From IMG/VR virus record IMGVR_UViG_3300045282_000148, positions 1 to 51,177 of that record: a stretch of DNA of 51,177 nucleotides. One strand, 5' to 3'. The translations under genes were made by a program, and so were the position numbers. This document shows positions 17,590 to 26,782 of this stretch, piece by piece. Every line of letters begins with the position of its first letter. Within the stretch, counting starts at the first letter, position 1. The stretch is from a virus. Lineage: Duplodnaviria > Caudoviricetes. Below the pieces are notes generated by a model. That model was not told where the DNA came from, did no database searches, and saw nothing but the letters and a program-made list of their open reading frames with translations.

Positions 17590-19151
17590 TTCCCTGGCCC
17601 CATCAACTCCGCGCTCACGACGCGCTATTGTCCGCATTGACTGGAGGGATTAGCCCTGTCGCATTCACGTCGCCAACCGGCGGCGGCAAGTCCGAGATCA
17701 TGTTTCGCATGATTGAATGGGGGCTGGAGAACGGCCGCGAGTCGATCCTGTATACAAACCGAAAGTTTCTCTTGGAGCAAATGCAACGCGGTTTCCGGGA
17801 ACGTGGAATCGAATTCGGGACGCGAGCCAGCGGACATGAACCAGCGTTGTTAAAGCGAGTTCAACTCTCTTCGATTCAGACCGAAGCCAGCCGCGTCTAC
17901 GACCGCAAGGACTGGGAAATTCATCCCGCCGGGATCGTGTTCATCGACGAGGCACATACCCAAGGCGGCGCTATCGCGGCCCGTGTAGTCAAGGATCATT
18001 TGGCGCAAGGTGCTTTCGTCGTGCTCGTGACGGCCACACCGACAAATCTGGAAGTGTTCGAGCCGAAGCGGTTGATTGTCGCTGGCGTGACTTCCGAGCT
18101 GCGATCGTGCGGTGCGCTCGTGCCGTGCGACACCTACGGCCCGACGGAGCCGGATTGCTCGCTCATTGGCAAGAAAGCGATCGGCGAAGATTACTCGGAA
18201 AACGAACTCGCTAAGATCATCAAAGTCGATTCGATTTTTGGCCACGTCAGCAAGCATCTTCGCACACTCAATCCAGAACTCAGGCCAACAATCCTATTCG
18301 CCAGCAGCGTTGGCGCATCGCTCTACTTTGCCGAGCACCTATCGGCTAACGGAATTCGAGCGGCCCACGTTGACGGCGATGACATCTGGTTTGACGGCGA
18401 TACCTACAAGAGCGATCCGAAAGCCCGCGAAGATATTCTTGCAGGCAGCAAGTCCGGCGAGATCAAGGTAGTCTGCAACCGCTTCGTGCTCCGCGAGGCG
18501 ATCGACATGCCCTGGCTCGCGCATGGAATCATGGCCACGGTGTTCGGCTCGCTCACGTCCTATCTGCAAAGCGGTGGCCGATTGCTCCGCGCCTATCCCG
18601 GTCTCTCCCGCGTTATCCTCCAGGACCACGGCGGCAACTGGTGGCGTCACGGTTCGCTCAATGCGGATCGCGAGTGGGCAATCGGGTTGACAGACAAGCA
18701 AATGGCAATGGAGCGCGCGCGGAAGATTCGCGACAAGGAAGATCGCGAACCGATTCATTGTCCATTCTGCCATGCGATCCGCCTGAGCGGAGATGTCTGC
18801 CCGCGTTGCGGACGACGAGCCACAAAGAAAACGCGGTACGTTCTCCAGCACAACGGCACGTTGCGGGAAATGCACGGAGACATCTACCGCGAACGGACGG
18901 TTAAGCAAGAACCGGATACGGCGAGGAAATGGAAGGGCTGTGTCTTTCGAATCAAACACAAGGGCGGAAATTTCAATTCGGCCGTCGGGCTGTTCTACAA
19001 AGAGAACGGCTATTGGCCACCGAAAGACCTTCCATATATGCCACTCGATCCGCGTGATTTTCACAGACCGATCAAGTCGGTTCCGTACAGTGAATGCCAC
19101 CGAGAAAAACGCGAACCGGAAATATCTGATCCTCAGGAGACGTTTCTATGA
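17586..19151 (+). CDS. Superfamily 2 (DEAH-type) helicase
   Basis: PTGGGKS, IDEAH, TATP, QSGGRLLR, C-terminal CPFC/CPRC Zn ribbon. Confidence 0.92.
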   Translation: MIPWPHQLRAHDALLSALTGGISPVAFTSPTGGGKSEIMFRMIEWGLENGRESILYTNRKFLLEQMQRGFRERGIEFGTRASGHEPALLKRVQLSSIQTEASRVYDRKDWEIHPAGIVFIDEAHTQGGAIAARVVKDHLAQGAFVVLVTATPTNLEVFEPKRLIVAGVTSELRSCGALVPCDTYGPTEPDCSLIGKKAIGEDYSENELAKIIKVDSIFGHVSKHLRTLNPELRPTILFASSVGASLYFAEHLSANGIRAAHVDGDDIWFDGDTYKSDPKAREDILAGSKSGEIKVVCNRFVLREAIDMPWLAHGIMATVFGSLTSYLQSGGRLLRAYPGLSRVILQDHGGNWWRHGSLNADREWAIGLTDKQMAMERARKIRDKEDREPIHCPFCHAIRLSGDVCPRCGRRATKKTRYVLQHNGTLREMHGDIYRERTVKQEPDTARKWKGCVFRIKHKGGNFNSAVGLFYKENGYWPPKDLPYMPLDPRDFHRPIKSVPYSECHREKREPEISDPQETFL

Positions 19152-19450
19152 AAATGGGAAAGATGACCGTTGCCGCTCACGACATAACGGATGAGCTACG
19201 GGACAGGACTCTCGAAACGATCACTCGCATGGCTGAGCAAGCCGGTGCGACCTTCGAGGAAGGAATCGACAAGATAGCTCTTTACCGCGAAGCGCTTGTT
19301 CTGATCGCTGTCGCGTGCCGACTGTACGCGGTTGCGGAAACGTCGCAAGACAAATGGGATGACTGGTCGCGTCCAGTTTGCGACCAGCTTAACGCGAGAC
19401 TGATCGACTACACCCAAGAGAAACGAGACGAGTCGCTCGAAGCGAATTGA
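19148..19450 (+). CDS. Hypothetical protein
   Basis: ATGA-coupled to helicase. Confidence 0.6.
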   Translation: MKMGKMTVAAHDITDELRDRTLETITRMAEQAGATFEEGIDKIALYREALVLIAVACRLYAVAETSQDKWDDWSRPVCDQLNARLIDYTQEKRDESLEAN

Positions 19451-19464
19451 GGACGACATAGCGG

Positions 19465-19607
19465 CCACGCCGCAACCGGCTAGGAAGGTTCCGAACGGAA
19501 TCGAGCTACCCCGCCGACTGTCGAGCGCGACAAGAGGGTAGCAGTCGCGTGGGAGGGAAACCCACTAACGGAGTCCGACGGCCGAGCGAAAGCTAACCGC
19601 GGCGTGG
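19465..19607 (+). ncRNA. Candidate multistem structured ncRNA
   Basis: Closing CCACGCCGC/GCGGCGTGG; inner GTTCC/GGAAT, GCTACCC/GGGTAGC, TGTCG/CGACA, GTGGG/CCCAC, AGC-GAAA-GCT. Confidence 0.55.
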
Positions 19608-19673
19608 AAGGGGACCGAATGGAGAATCGCCACGTACAAATAAAGGATTGGTCGGCCTAGGGGGCGTTGCGCG

Positions 19674-20168
19674 ATGCCAGTACGACCTTTAACCACAACC
19701 GAGATTGAAGCGATACGGCGCGGCAAGCGTCTATCGAGCCTAGAGCGTCGGGCCCTAGCGACAATCGACAACCTACAAGCGCAACTGGCCGCTGCGAAAT
19801 ACGCCCCTGGAAGTGGGAATGGTGAAACGGCGTTTGCGGGACGCGAAAAGGTGCTGGCTGTGGTCGCGTGGGACGGATTCATAGAGGTGTACGCAGAGCC
19901 GTGGTGCGACGTGAAGGTGGTCGAATGTTGGCCGTGGGACGACGAGGACGAACTACGGCTGCCGGCTTGCTACGAGGGGTTGTACTACCCCGGAAAGCTA
20001 CGAGCGACGGCTCTGGCAAGGCTCAGACAGACTCCAAGGCTTCCTGAAATAGTGATGGCCTTCAGAGAACACGACGCGCGCATGGAAATGATCGAGCTAG
20101 TCAGAGAGAAGATCGCGGCTCTAACGAATGGAACCGATGAACCTGAGCAGCGAACCAACGGCGAGTGA
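19674..20168 (+). CDS. Hypothetical protein
   Basis: 164-aa ORF in operon orientation. Confidence 0.6.
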   Translation: MPVRPLTTTEIEAIRRGKRLSSLERRALATIDNLQAQLAAAKYAPGSGNGETAFAGREKVLAVVAWDGFIEVYAEPWCDVKVVECWPWDDEDELRLPACYEGLYYPGKLRATALARLRQTPRLPEIVMAFREHDARMEMIELVREKIAALTNGTDEPEQRTNGE

Positions 20169-20192
20169 CCCCCGACTGACCACAGGTACCCC

Positions 20193-20399
20193 ATGAGCCG
20201 CACAGCCGCAACCGACCCTACTGACCTATGGGGAGCAGCCAGATTGGCCACCGATGAAATCCTTGAGGATTTGCTGGCTTGGCCGGATATAAGCGACGCT
20301 TGGGCGCGGATGGGAAATGGAGAGCGACATGCTGCGAGAAACAGCATCATGGCCCTAGTTTGGGAGCGATTGGACGACCTATGCAAAAGCATTCAGTGA
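20193..20399 (+). CDS. Hypothetical protein
   Basis: 68 aa. Confidence 0.5.
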   Translation: MSRTAATDPTDLWGAARLATDEILEDLLAWPDISDAWARMGNGERHAARNSIMALVWERLDDLCKSIQ

Positions 20400-20407
20400 G
20401 CCGCGTC

Positions 20408-20611
20408 ATGTCAAGTAAATACCAAGTCGGAAAGCCCAGTGACTTATCGTCGAGCGACCCGTGGTTTTACGATGAGCGCGACGCTATCGAGGCAGCGGCA
20501 AAGCTGCATCGTGAATCGAGTCCATTCGGTTTTGAGCCAATCGGAATTTGGGACGAGCGGAGCGAATGGATTTGGCTTTTCTTCGATGGCGAGCAATTCA
20601 AGAGAGTCTAA
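20408..20611 (+). CDS. Hypothetical protein
   Basis: In-frame ATG 20408 of ORF 20279..20611. Confidence 0.5.
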   Translation: MSSKYQVGKPSDLSSSDPWFYDERDAIEAAAKLHRESSPFGFEPIGIWDERSEWIWLFFDGEQFKRV

Positions 20612-20614
20612 GTC

Positions 20615-20815
20615 ATGAGCCGCACAGACATCGCTGAACTGGACTGGAACGACGCGCGAATCGACCATGCACTCGTAATGATAGAGGAAGCCTGCGGCGT
20701 GCTCGTGGACATTATGGATCACGGCACCGGCGAAATGTTTGACGAGGCTAGCGCCGCTTGCGAAGCGCTCGACAAGCTGATTGCGAGACTAAAGAAGCTG
20801 AGGAAACGGATATGA
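20615..20815 (+). CDS. Hypothetical protein
   Basis: 66 aa, tight packing. Confidence 0.55.
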   Translation: MSRTDIAELDWNDARIDHALVMIEEACGVLVDIMDHGTGEMFDEASAACEALDKLIARLKKLRKRI

Positions 20816-21285
20816 GCACAACCGCCGAACTGTTTGATTCTCACGGCTTGACCGTGGTTGCCGCAATGGTAGCCCTGCCGCCGCAGCCGAGCAGGTGGCC
20901 GCGCGTCGAGCGAATCAGCCTATCGGGCCTCAAAAGCTGGCGGTTCTTCGACGCCTGGCATGAGAAGCACAAGCAATGCTGGCTCTGCGGTGCGACCGAA
21001 TCGCACGAGGTCCGGATCGACGCCCATCACGCCGCGCGCAGTGACGAGCTAGCGTGTCTGTTCCCTCTGTGCTTCCAGTGGACGACTAACGGCGGATGCC
21101 ACATGAACGTCGAAGGCCGCTTGGCGGAGCTGATTTGGTGTCAGGCTGTGTTTGTGCCAGAGGAAGCGGATTGGACGCGGCTGGCGACTCTGAGAATTCC
21201 ACGACGGAAGCTGCCGGAGCCGAAACCGCCTTCGTGGATCGACCCGGCGCAAATTGCGATGATGAATGAGTTGTTTCACCCCTAA
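20812..21285 (+). CDS. HNH-like Zn-binding nuclease
   Basis: CWLCG...DAHH...LFPLC...GCH. Confidence 0.6.
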   Translation: MSTTAELFDSHGLTVVAAMVALPPQPSRWPRVERISLSGLKSWRFFDAWHEKHKQCWLCGATESHEVRIDAHHAARSDELACLFPLCFQWTTNGGCHMNVEGRLAELIWCQAVFVPEEADWTRLATLRIPRRKLPEPKPPSWIDPAQIAMMNELFHP

Positions 21286-21300
21286 CCCCCGGAGGAGAAC

Positions 21301-21660
21301 ATGATTAGTCGAGCTGAGTTGCAAGAGCGAGTGGATCGAGGAGTGGCGTACATGAACGGTGTTAAGCCAGGATGGTTCAATAAGATTGACTTGTCGCGGT
21401 TTGATATTCAATCGCCATGCCGCTGCGTCTTGGGCCAATGCTTCGGAGAATATGAAAAATACGTTAATGCGATAGAAATGAAGGTAAGCCAGAGGGTCGA
21501 GCTAGGATTCTCGGATAATGATCTGTTAATGATCGAGGAAGTACGACTTCTCGACGAACTCTGGATAACCACCATCCGCGCCCTGCAAGAGCCCCACAAA
21601 GTCATTCTCCCCGTCTCGCCAGCCCCGGCGATGGCGGCGGACATGTCAATAGCGAAGTGA
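21301..21660 (+). CDS. Phage hypothetical protein
   Basis: GGAGGAG RBS; RVDRGVAYM..PGWFNKIDL...CVLGQ. Confidence 0.7.
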   Translation: MISRAELQERVDRGVAYMNGVKPGWFNKIDLSRFDIQSPCRCVLGQCFGEYEKYVNAIEMKVSQRVELGFSDNDLLMIEEVRLLDELWITTIRALQEPHKVILPVSPAPAMAADMSIAK

Positions 21661-21672
21661 AAGGAAACACAC

Positions 21673-22311
21673 ATGAACTGGATTACTGACTCTCGCGGAA
21701 ATCGTGCCTCTGTCGAACGATGGGGCACGGAGGAAAAGGCAAAGGCGTCTCTTGAGACGTTGGATACCCGCTGCTACGGCTGCTCCGACTGCTCCGGCTG
21801 CTCCGGCTGCTCCGACTGCTCCGGCTGCTCCCGCTGCTACGGCTGCTACGGCTGCTACGGCTGCTCCGGCTGCTCCGACTGCTCCGGCTGCTCCGACTGC
21901 TCCGGCTGCTCCGACTGCTCCGGCTGCTACGGCTGCTCCCGCTGCTCCGGCTGCTACGGCTGCTACAGCTGCTCCGGCTGCTCCGGCTGCTACGACAAGA
22001 AAGAACAAAAGGACGCGCCGTTCTCTGTCCCCGTTATCGAGGACATCCATAAGAAAGTCTTAGAAGCGGCTTCCGTACCAGCGGCGCTCGATATGAGTTC
22101 GTTTCATGTCTGTGAGACAACGCATTGCCGCGCCGGCTGGGTCGTTCACTTGGCCGGTGAACCAGGCTACGCCTTGGAAAAGCAAACGTCGCCAATCTTC
22201 GCTGCCATGCAAATCTACAAGGCGAGCGGGTACGAAATCTCGCCAGTGAGGTTCTTCGATTCCAACGAAGCGGCGCTTGAGGACATGAGATCACTGGCAC
22301 TTGCGAAGTGA
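21673..22311 (+). CDS. Cys-tripeptide repeat protein
   Basis: 25 x C-[SY]-[GDRS]; C-terminal TTHCRAGWVVHLAG domain; AAGGAAA RBS. Confidence 0.85.
   Translation: MNWITDSRGNRASVERWGTEEKAKASLETLDTRCYGCSDCSGCSGCSDCSGCSRCYGCYGCYGCSGCSDCSGCSDCSGCSDCSGCYGCSRCSGCYGCYSCSGCSGCYDKKEQKDAPFSVPVIEDIHKKVLEAASVPAALDMSSFHVCETTHCRAGWVVHLAGEPGYALEKQTSPIFAAMQIYKASGYEISPVRFFDSNEAALEDMRSLALAK
21772..21996 (+). repeat. 25 tandem 9-bp units TGCT(C/A)C(G/C/A)(G/A)C
   Basis: Read directly from sequence. Confidence 0.95.
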
Positions 22312-22571
22312 GGGAGACGATGAAACTGATCTTCGCCTGGTATGACTTCTGGATTGGCGCGTACTTCGATCGCGCGAGTAAGCGATTATATGTCTTTCCG
22401 GTGCCGATGGTTGGCATAGTGATTGACTTCACTAAACTCCATCGCAAGCCGCGAGCGGACAGGGCGATTCTACGGATCATCGACGAAGCTCAACACCTAA
22501 CAGCCAGAGATGCGAGAGAGATGGGCGAATATCTCAACTCGCTGGACGTGAATATCGAAACGGGGAAGTAA
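22308..22571 (+). CDS. Phage hypothetical protein
   Basis: FAWYDFWIGAYFD...LYVFPVP motif. Confidence 0.7.
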   Translation: MRETMKLIFAWYDFWIGAYFDRASKRLYVFPVPMVGIVIDFTKLHRKPRADRAILRIIDEAQHLTARDAREMGEYLNSLDVNIETGK

Positions 22572-22664
22572 TGATGGGACCAACTGAAGCGCCTCTGATA
22601 ACCGAGGATTGGCTGCCCGACGGACAGGAGTTTTGGCCTTACCCATAAACCACGGAGGATTCCC

Positions 22665-22985
22665 ATGCCTGACGATAATCGACTGACGAACAAATGGCTT
22701 GAGTCGCACGGATTCAAGCGAGACGAGTTCTATGGCTACAGCCGTGAACTCTCACCGCCGCAGGGAGAGGGCGCAAGCAGCCTACTCCTGACTGTCGGAA
22801 ACTACCCGGCGAATGAACCGTGCTGCTGCCTTGTCGTTGGCGGATTCGGAGTTGTGACGAACGCCGGGAGTAACGCCGACATTGAATCGCTGATACGATT
22901 GTTCGAAGACGCGTTTATAGATCACCCTGATGAAGTGTGGGCCGATCTTGATGACGAATGCGACGATGACGAGGGGCGACCATGA
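22665..22985 (+). CDS. Hypothetical protein
   Basis: GGAGGA RBS; LTNKWLESHGF. Confidence 0.65.
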   Translation: MPDDNRLTNKWLESHGFKRDEFYGYSRELSPPQGEGASSLLLTVGNYPANEPCCCLVVGGFGVVTNAGSNADIESLIRLFEDAFIDHPDEVWADLDDECDDDEGRP

Positions 22986-23137
22986 CCGATAAGCGGATTT
23001 GGGAGATTCGGCGAATCGTTGCTGAGCTCTACGTCGAACGCTTTCACTTTCGGCCGGTCCAGATTCTTGCCGAGATTATTCAGGAACTCTTAGCCGAGCG
23101 GGAACAGAACAAGCCCACGGAGGAGTCTCAGCCATGA
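22982..23137 (+). CDS. 51-aa hypothetical protein not in ORF track
   Basis: MTDKRIWEIRR...IIQELLAEREQ; ATGA-coupled on both sides. Confidence 0.55.
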   Translation: MTDKRIWEIRRIVAELYVERFHFRPVQILAEIIQELLAEREQNKPTEESQP

Positions 23138-23601
23138 CGACGACCTCAAATCTGATGCTCGAAGAATGCTACGATCCGATCTGCTTTACCGTTCCGGGAA
23201 TCCCCATCGCCCAGCCGCGGCAGCGTCATAGAGTTGTCAACGGCCACGCGCAAAACTACACTCCGGCGAAGTCGCCAGTGAATGTCTACAAGGCCGCGAT
23301 CCAGTTAGCCGCAAAAGAGGCGTTTACTAATCCGTGGCCGCACTCGGTTTCGATTCGTCTCAAGGTGTTAGCCGTGTTCCCGCGTCCCAAATCACGCACG
23401 ACAAAGCGCGGGCCGAATAGACGATACCCGCACACATCACGACCGGACTGGGATAATATCGGTAAGGCGATTTCTGATTGCCTTAATGGCGTTATTTGGC
23501 ACGATGACGCGCAGATTTGCGAAGTCGAAGTCAAGAAGGTCGTAGCGGCTGCGGACGAATCGCCACGCACCGAAATTGAAATTTGGCCCGAACCGGAGTG
23601 A
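23134..23601 (+). CDS. rusA: RusA-family Holliday junction resolvase
   Basis: VPGIPIAQPRQR...RPDWDNIGKAISDCLNGVIWHDDAQI. Confidence 0.9.
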   Translation: MTTTSNLMLEECYDPICFTVPGIPIAQPRQRHRVVNGHAQNYTPAKSPVNVYKAAIQLAAKEAFTNPWPHSVSIRLKVLAVFPRPKSRTTKRGPNRRYPHTSRPDWDNIGKAISDCLNGVIWHDDAQICEVEVKKVVAAADESPRTEIEIWPEPE

Positions 23602-23740
23602 ACATGAGCGAGAAATCAACCTGCGTATTCTGTCAGGCTGCGATCACATGCGGTTATCCTAGGCCGTGCCCCTATCACACGTTCACCCTGGACGCCAGCA
23701 AATACCCGCCGCAGATAATTCCGCCAACACAGAGGAAAAC

Positions 23741-25267
23741 ATGAGCGAGCGAAAATTCTATCAGGACGGCAACGCGGTTCAGATTCGCAACGTCGATGCG
23801 TTCTCAGCGGGGATGACCGAAATCGAACCGCTCAACGAACTCATGTCGCTGCTGCCTGCGCTGCGAGACCTCGTGAAGATCCATGACGTTCCGGTAGAGT
23901 GGCGTGAGGAATCTGCCGAGCCACCCGCGGCCGAGCGGCAGGAGTCGAGCCACGACGTTCATGGCTGTCGATGGTTTGTTTGGTGCTGGGGTCCGCCAAG
24001 CGACATCATCTGGTTCGATGAAAAGAACCCGCAGCCCATCATTGACAAGGATGGTAATTCATGGACGCTCGAATCCGTGATGGAAGACGACTGGATCGAA
24101 CTTAAGTGCCCCGACGCTTTCAAGCCGCGTTGCGAGAAATGCAGAGGAACAAAAGAACATCCGGCATGGCCTGGAGACGAGAAGTGCGTTGATGCCTTCC
24201 ATTCCGAGCGGCAGGAGCATCCGGTGGTGCGGAAATTTCGTTACAAGCAAGGCGGTGGACGGATCGAATGGCGCGGACCAGGGCAGTTGTTCATCGAACT
24301 GAGCAATTCGGTTAAGTATTGGCGTGAACGTGTCGAGCAATCCGAAACGCAGCTTGCCAAACTCACTCACGAGGCAATGGACCGCGATAGCCCGCTAGGC
24401 AAACAGGTGCGGCTTAGGATCGCAGGCGAACGCGAGCGAGACGAACTCAAGCGTCAACTCGCGGCGGCGAATAGCGATCTTTATGACCGCACGCTTGAGA
24501 TCACGTCGCTCCAGCAGCAACTCGCGGCTGCGAACGAGCGAACAGTGGCATCGGTGGTTTGCCCGCGATGCGAGGGGCGACAAATGGATTCTGTCGGTTG
24601 CAACACTGAGTATGGCAACGGGAACCCGGAGCCGTGCGAGTTTTGCGAAGGGACAGGTCGCGTCGGAATCCGTAAGCTCCAGGCCGACAACGACCGCCTG
24701 CGGGCGGCGATCGGGAAGCTGCCAAAGCTGACCGACTCCAAGGACTTTTTCGACGATACTCCAGTCCAAGCTTTCAAAGACGAATTCGACGCCTGCCACG
24801 CCGCAGCCGACGGCACTGACAGTTGCAGCGGCAGCGAGCCAAGCAGCGTCACGGTTACACTTCCCGACGGGCCGGTTGAGTGCGAGGTGTGCGACGAGTT
24901 GGCGCGGCTGCGAAGCGAACTGGACGATGCTCGTAGCTTGGCTGCAACCGCAACGGATGCACGCAAGGAACAGACGGAGATTTGCCGCAAGACTCTTGAG
25001 ATGGCTGAGCAGCAAGCCGACGAGTTGGAGCGGTTACGGAAAGAGAACGAACGCCTACAGGCAAGCGTCCTACAGTACGCTAAGGCAATTGATGAATGCT
25101 ACCCGACGCTCAAGAAGCAAGCCAAGCAGCAAGCGAAGAGGATAAAGTCGCTTGAGAATGCATTGAGAGATTACGTGTGGGCAACTAATCATGACAATAG
25201 GCCGCTGGTGATTTCATTACGGCTCAACGCCGAGCGGCTACTGGCCGACGCGGGAGGTGGGAAGTGA
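23741..25267 (+). CDS. Mosaic coiled-coil / Zn-finger hypothetical protein
   Basis: AGAGGA RBS at 23741; CPRCEG...CEFCEGTG plus heptad stretches. Confidence 0.65.
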   Translation: MSERKFYQDGNAVQIRNVDAFSAGMTEIEPLNELMSLLPALRDLVKIHDVPVEWREESAEPPAAERQESSHDVHGCRWFVWCWGPPSDIIWFDEKNPQPIIDKDGNSWTLESVMEDDWIELKCPDAFKPRCEKCRGTKEHPAWPGDEKCVDAFHSERQEHPVVRKFRYKQGGGRIEWRGPGQLFIELSNSVKYWRERVEQSETQLAKLTHEAMDRDSPLGKQVRLRIAGERERDELKRQLAAANSDLYDRTLEITSLQQQLAAANERTVASVVCPRCEGRQMDSVGCNTEYGNGNPEPCEFCEGTGRVGIRKLQADNDRLRAAIGKLPKLTDSKDFFDDTPVQAFKDEFDACHAAADGTDSCSGSEPSSVTVTLPDGPVECEVCDELARLRSELDDARSLAATATDARKEQTEICRKTLEMAEQQADELERLRKENERLQASVLQYAKAIDECYPTLKKQAKQQAKRIKSLENALRDYVWATNHDNRPLVISLRLNAERLLADAGGGK

Positions 25268-25464
25268 TCCGATGCGCTGACTGTAGGCAGCCGATCATCG
25301 AGGATATGAAGTGGCAGGATTGGTCGGCATTGATGTTCTATTTCGAGCACGAGTTCAGCGAGGGCGAAATCACGGAAGCCACGTTTAACGCGATGACAAA
25401 CCGCCTGATGTCATTTAAGAAATTCGCAATGTCCGGCGCACAACCCCAGGAGCCGAAGCCATGA
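25264..25464 (+). CDS. Hypothetical protein
   Basis: Overlap-coupled. Confidence 0.55.
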   Translation: MIRCADCRQPIIEDMKWQDWSALMFYFEHEFSEGEITEATFNAMTNRLMSFKKFAMSGAQPQEPKP

Positions 25465-25664
25465 AACTCGGATCACTTGCCGTTGCTTTGTTTTTCTGGA
25501 TAGTCGGCATCCTCATTTCGCTTCGTGGTTTGCTGACGATTCTCGGAGTCATGCCGCCGCACAGCGATTATCCCGTGGGAGAAATTGGCGTGGGGCTTTT
25601 CCCAATCGGAATGGGGATACTGGCCTGGGTTGTTTTCTTAGACGAGCGAAGGGCTAAGCCATGA
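25461..25664 (+). CDS. Two-TM small membrane protein
   Basis: Two hydrophobic stretches. Confidence 0.6.
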   Translation: MKLGSLAVALFFWIVGILISLRGLLTILGVMPPHSDYPVGEIGVGLFPIGMGILAWVVFLDERRAKP

Positions 25665-25897
25665 ACATCACCGACAAAACCCTAGCGGCCCTGATCCAGT
25701 TCCCCTCGTCACACGAATCGGCTGACGTTCGCCGGGCGCTGGTCGAGTTGCGGGAACGACGAGCGGCGCAGAAGCGAATCGACATGCTTTGCGAATCGCT
25801 TCGTGGCAAAGAGCACGTCCGCGAAGTTGACATGTCATGGCTGCTTGGAATGTTGGGTATGAAAACCTACGAGGAGCTGACGCATGACCAACATTAG
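25661..25897 (+). CDS. Hypothetical protein (paralogue of next gene)
   Basis: NITDKTLAALI...ALVELRERRAA. Confidence 0.6.
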   Translation: MNITDKTLAALIQFPSSHESADVRRALVELRERRAAQKRIDMLCESLRGKEHVREVDMSWLLGMLGMKTYEELTHDQH

Positions 25898-26150
25898 TGA
25901 CGAACGGCTGGCGGTGCTGATTGAACGGTGCAATTATTCCGTGTTTCGCAACATAAACCTATCCTCGTGGGCTGAATTCCAAGAGGCCCTCATCGAACTC
26001 CGCACCCGCCGCGCCGCCGAGGCGAAGGACGCGAAGGGCTGGGACTGTGTGAGGATGTTGTGGAACGCTCCCGCGTGCGACCTCTCATCGGAAGACCTTG
26101 GCAAGATCAGGGAAGCCGCCCGCGAGCACGGAATTTCTCTCTACGACTGA
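25884..26150 (+). CDS. Hypothetical protein (paralogue of previous gene)
   Basis: NISDERLAVLI...ALIELRTRRAA. Confidence 0.6.
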   Translation: MTNISDERLAVLIERCNYSVFRNINLSSWAEFQEALIELRTRRAAEAKDAKGWDCVRMLWNAPACDLSSEDLGKIREAAREHGISLYD

Positions 26151-26172
26151 CGAACACGCAAAGGACTGCACG

Positions 26173-26400
26173 ATGAGCGACTTCACAATCGACGATCTGA
26201 CGCGGCTCGTAGTCCGTCATCGCAGATACGAGTATTGGACGACCGTAGAACGGATCGTGCTGAACGACGACGGAGAGCCGCAACTGAAAAGTACAACGTG
26301 CTGCTGTAAGTCGCCGGGACGGACTCGGAAAGAATGTCAATTAGCGGCAAGTCACAAGAATCCTTGCCGCTGTTTTTGCCACTCGAAGAAACTGAAATGA
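26173..26400 (+). CDS. Cys-rich small protein
   Basis: AAGGA RBS; CCC...C...CRCFCH. Confidence 0.5.
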   Translation: MSDFTIDDLTRLVVRHRRYEYWTTVERIVLNDDGEPQLKSTTCCCKSPGRTRKECQLAASHKNPCRCFCHSKKLK

Positions 26401-26443
26401 TTGATCGGCCGCCCAACGCGGCCATGACCAAGGCGAGGCGAAC

Positions 26444-26731
26444 GTGATACCAATAACAGAGGGATTTCTATTCTTAGGGCTTTATTCCTTTTTCGCTCTT
26501 GGTGTCGGATTTGGAGCTTTTGCCGTTCTTGTCATGCAGGCACTTAAAGAAAAATCAAAGCGAGGCTCTGCCAGAGAGGACGATCCGAAGCGTGCGGCTA
26601 TGGCGTCCGGCGAAAATCCGGGCTTCTCGACTGTGGCAGGCGAAAGCCGCTGCGACCACGGAACCGAGATTAAGACGAACCCGCCGCAAAGCGCCGATGA
26701 GGTCCAAACTCAAGGTGGGATAATCAAGTAA
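26444..26731 (+). CDS. Membrane-anchored hypothetical protein
   Basis: N-terminal TM helix. Confidence 0.5.
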   Translation: MIPITEGFLFLGLYSFFALGVGFGAFAVLVMQALKEKSKRGSAREDDPKRAAMASGENPGFSTVAGESRCDHGTEIKTNPPQSADEVQTQGGIIK

Positions 26732-26782
26732 ACCACCCGGATCGTTTATTTAACAACAACGGACCAGGACGGGAAAGCACGG

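Noticed and set aside
19465-19607. HDV-like/theta, hammerhead, twister, SRP or RNase P RNA
   Set aside because: Could not thread the required helix order or conserved cores by eye
21772-21996. CRISPR array or DGR variable region
   Set aside because: Contiguous 9-bp coding units with no spacers; no cas gene, reverse transcriptase or template repeat seen
21646-22063. Ala-rich ORFs 21646..22050 (-) and 21704..22063 (+)
   Set aside because: Shadow frames of the stop-free repeat; the Cys frame has the RBS and a sensible C-terminal domain
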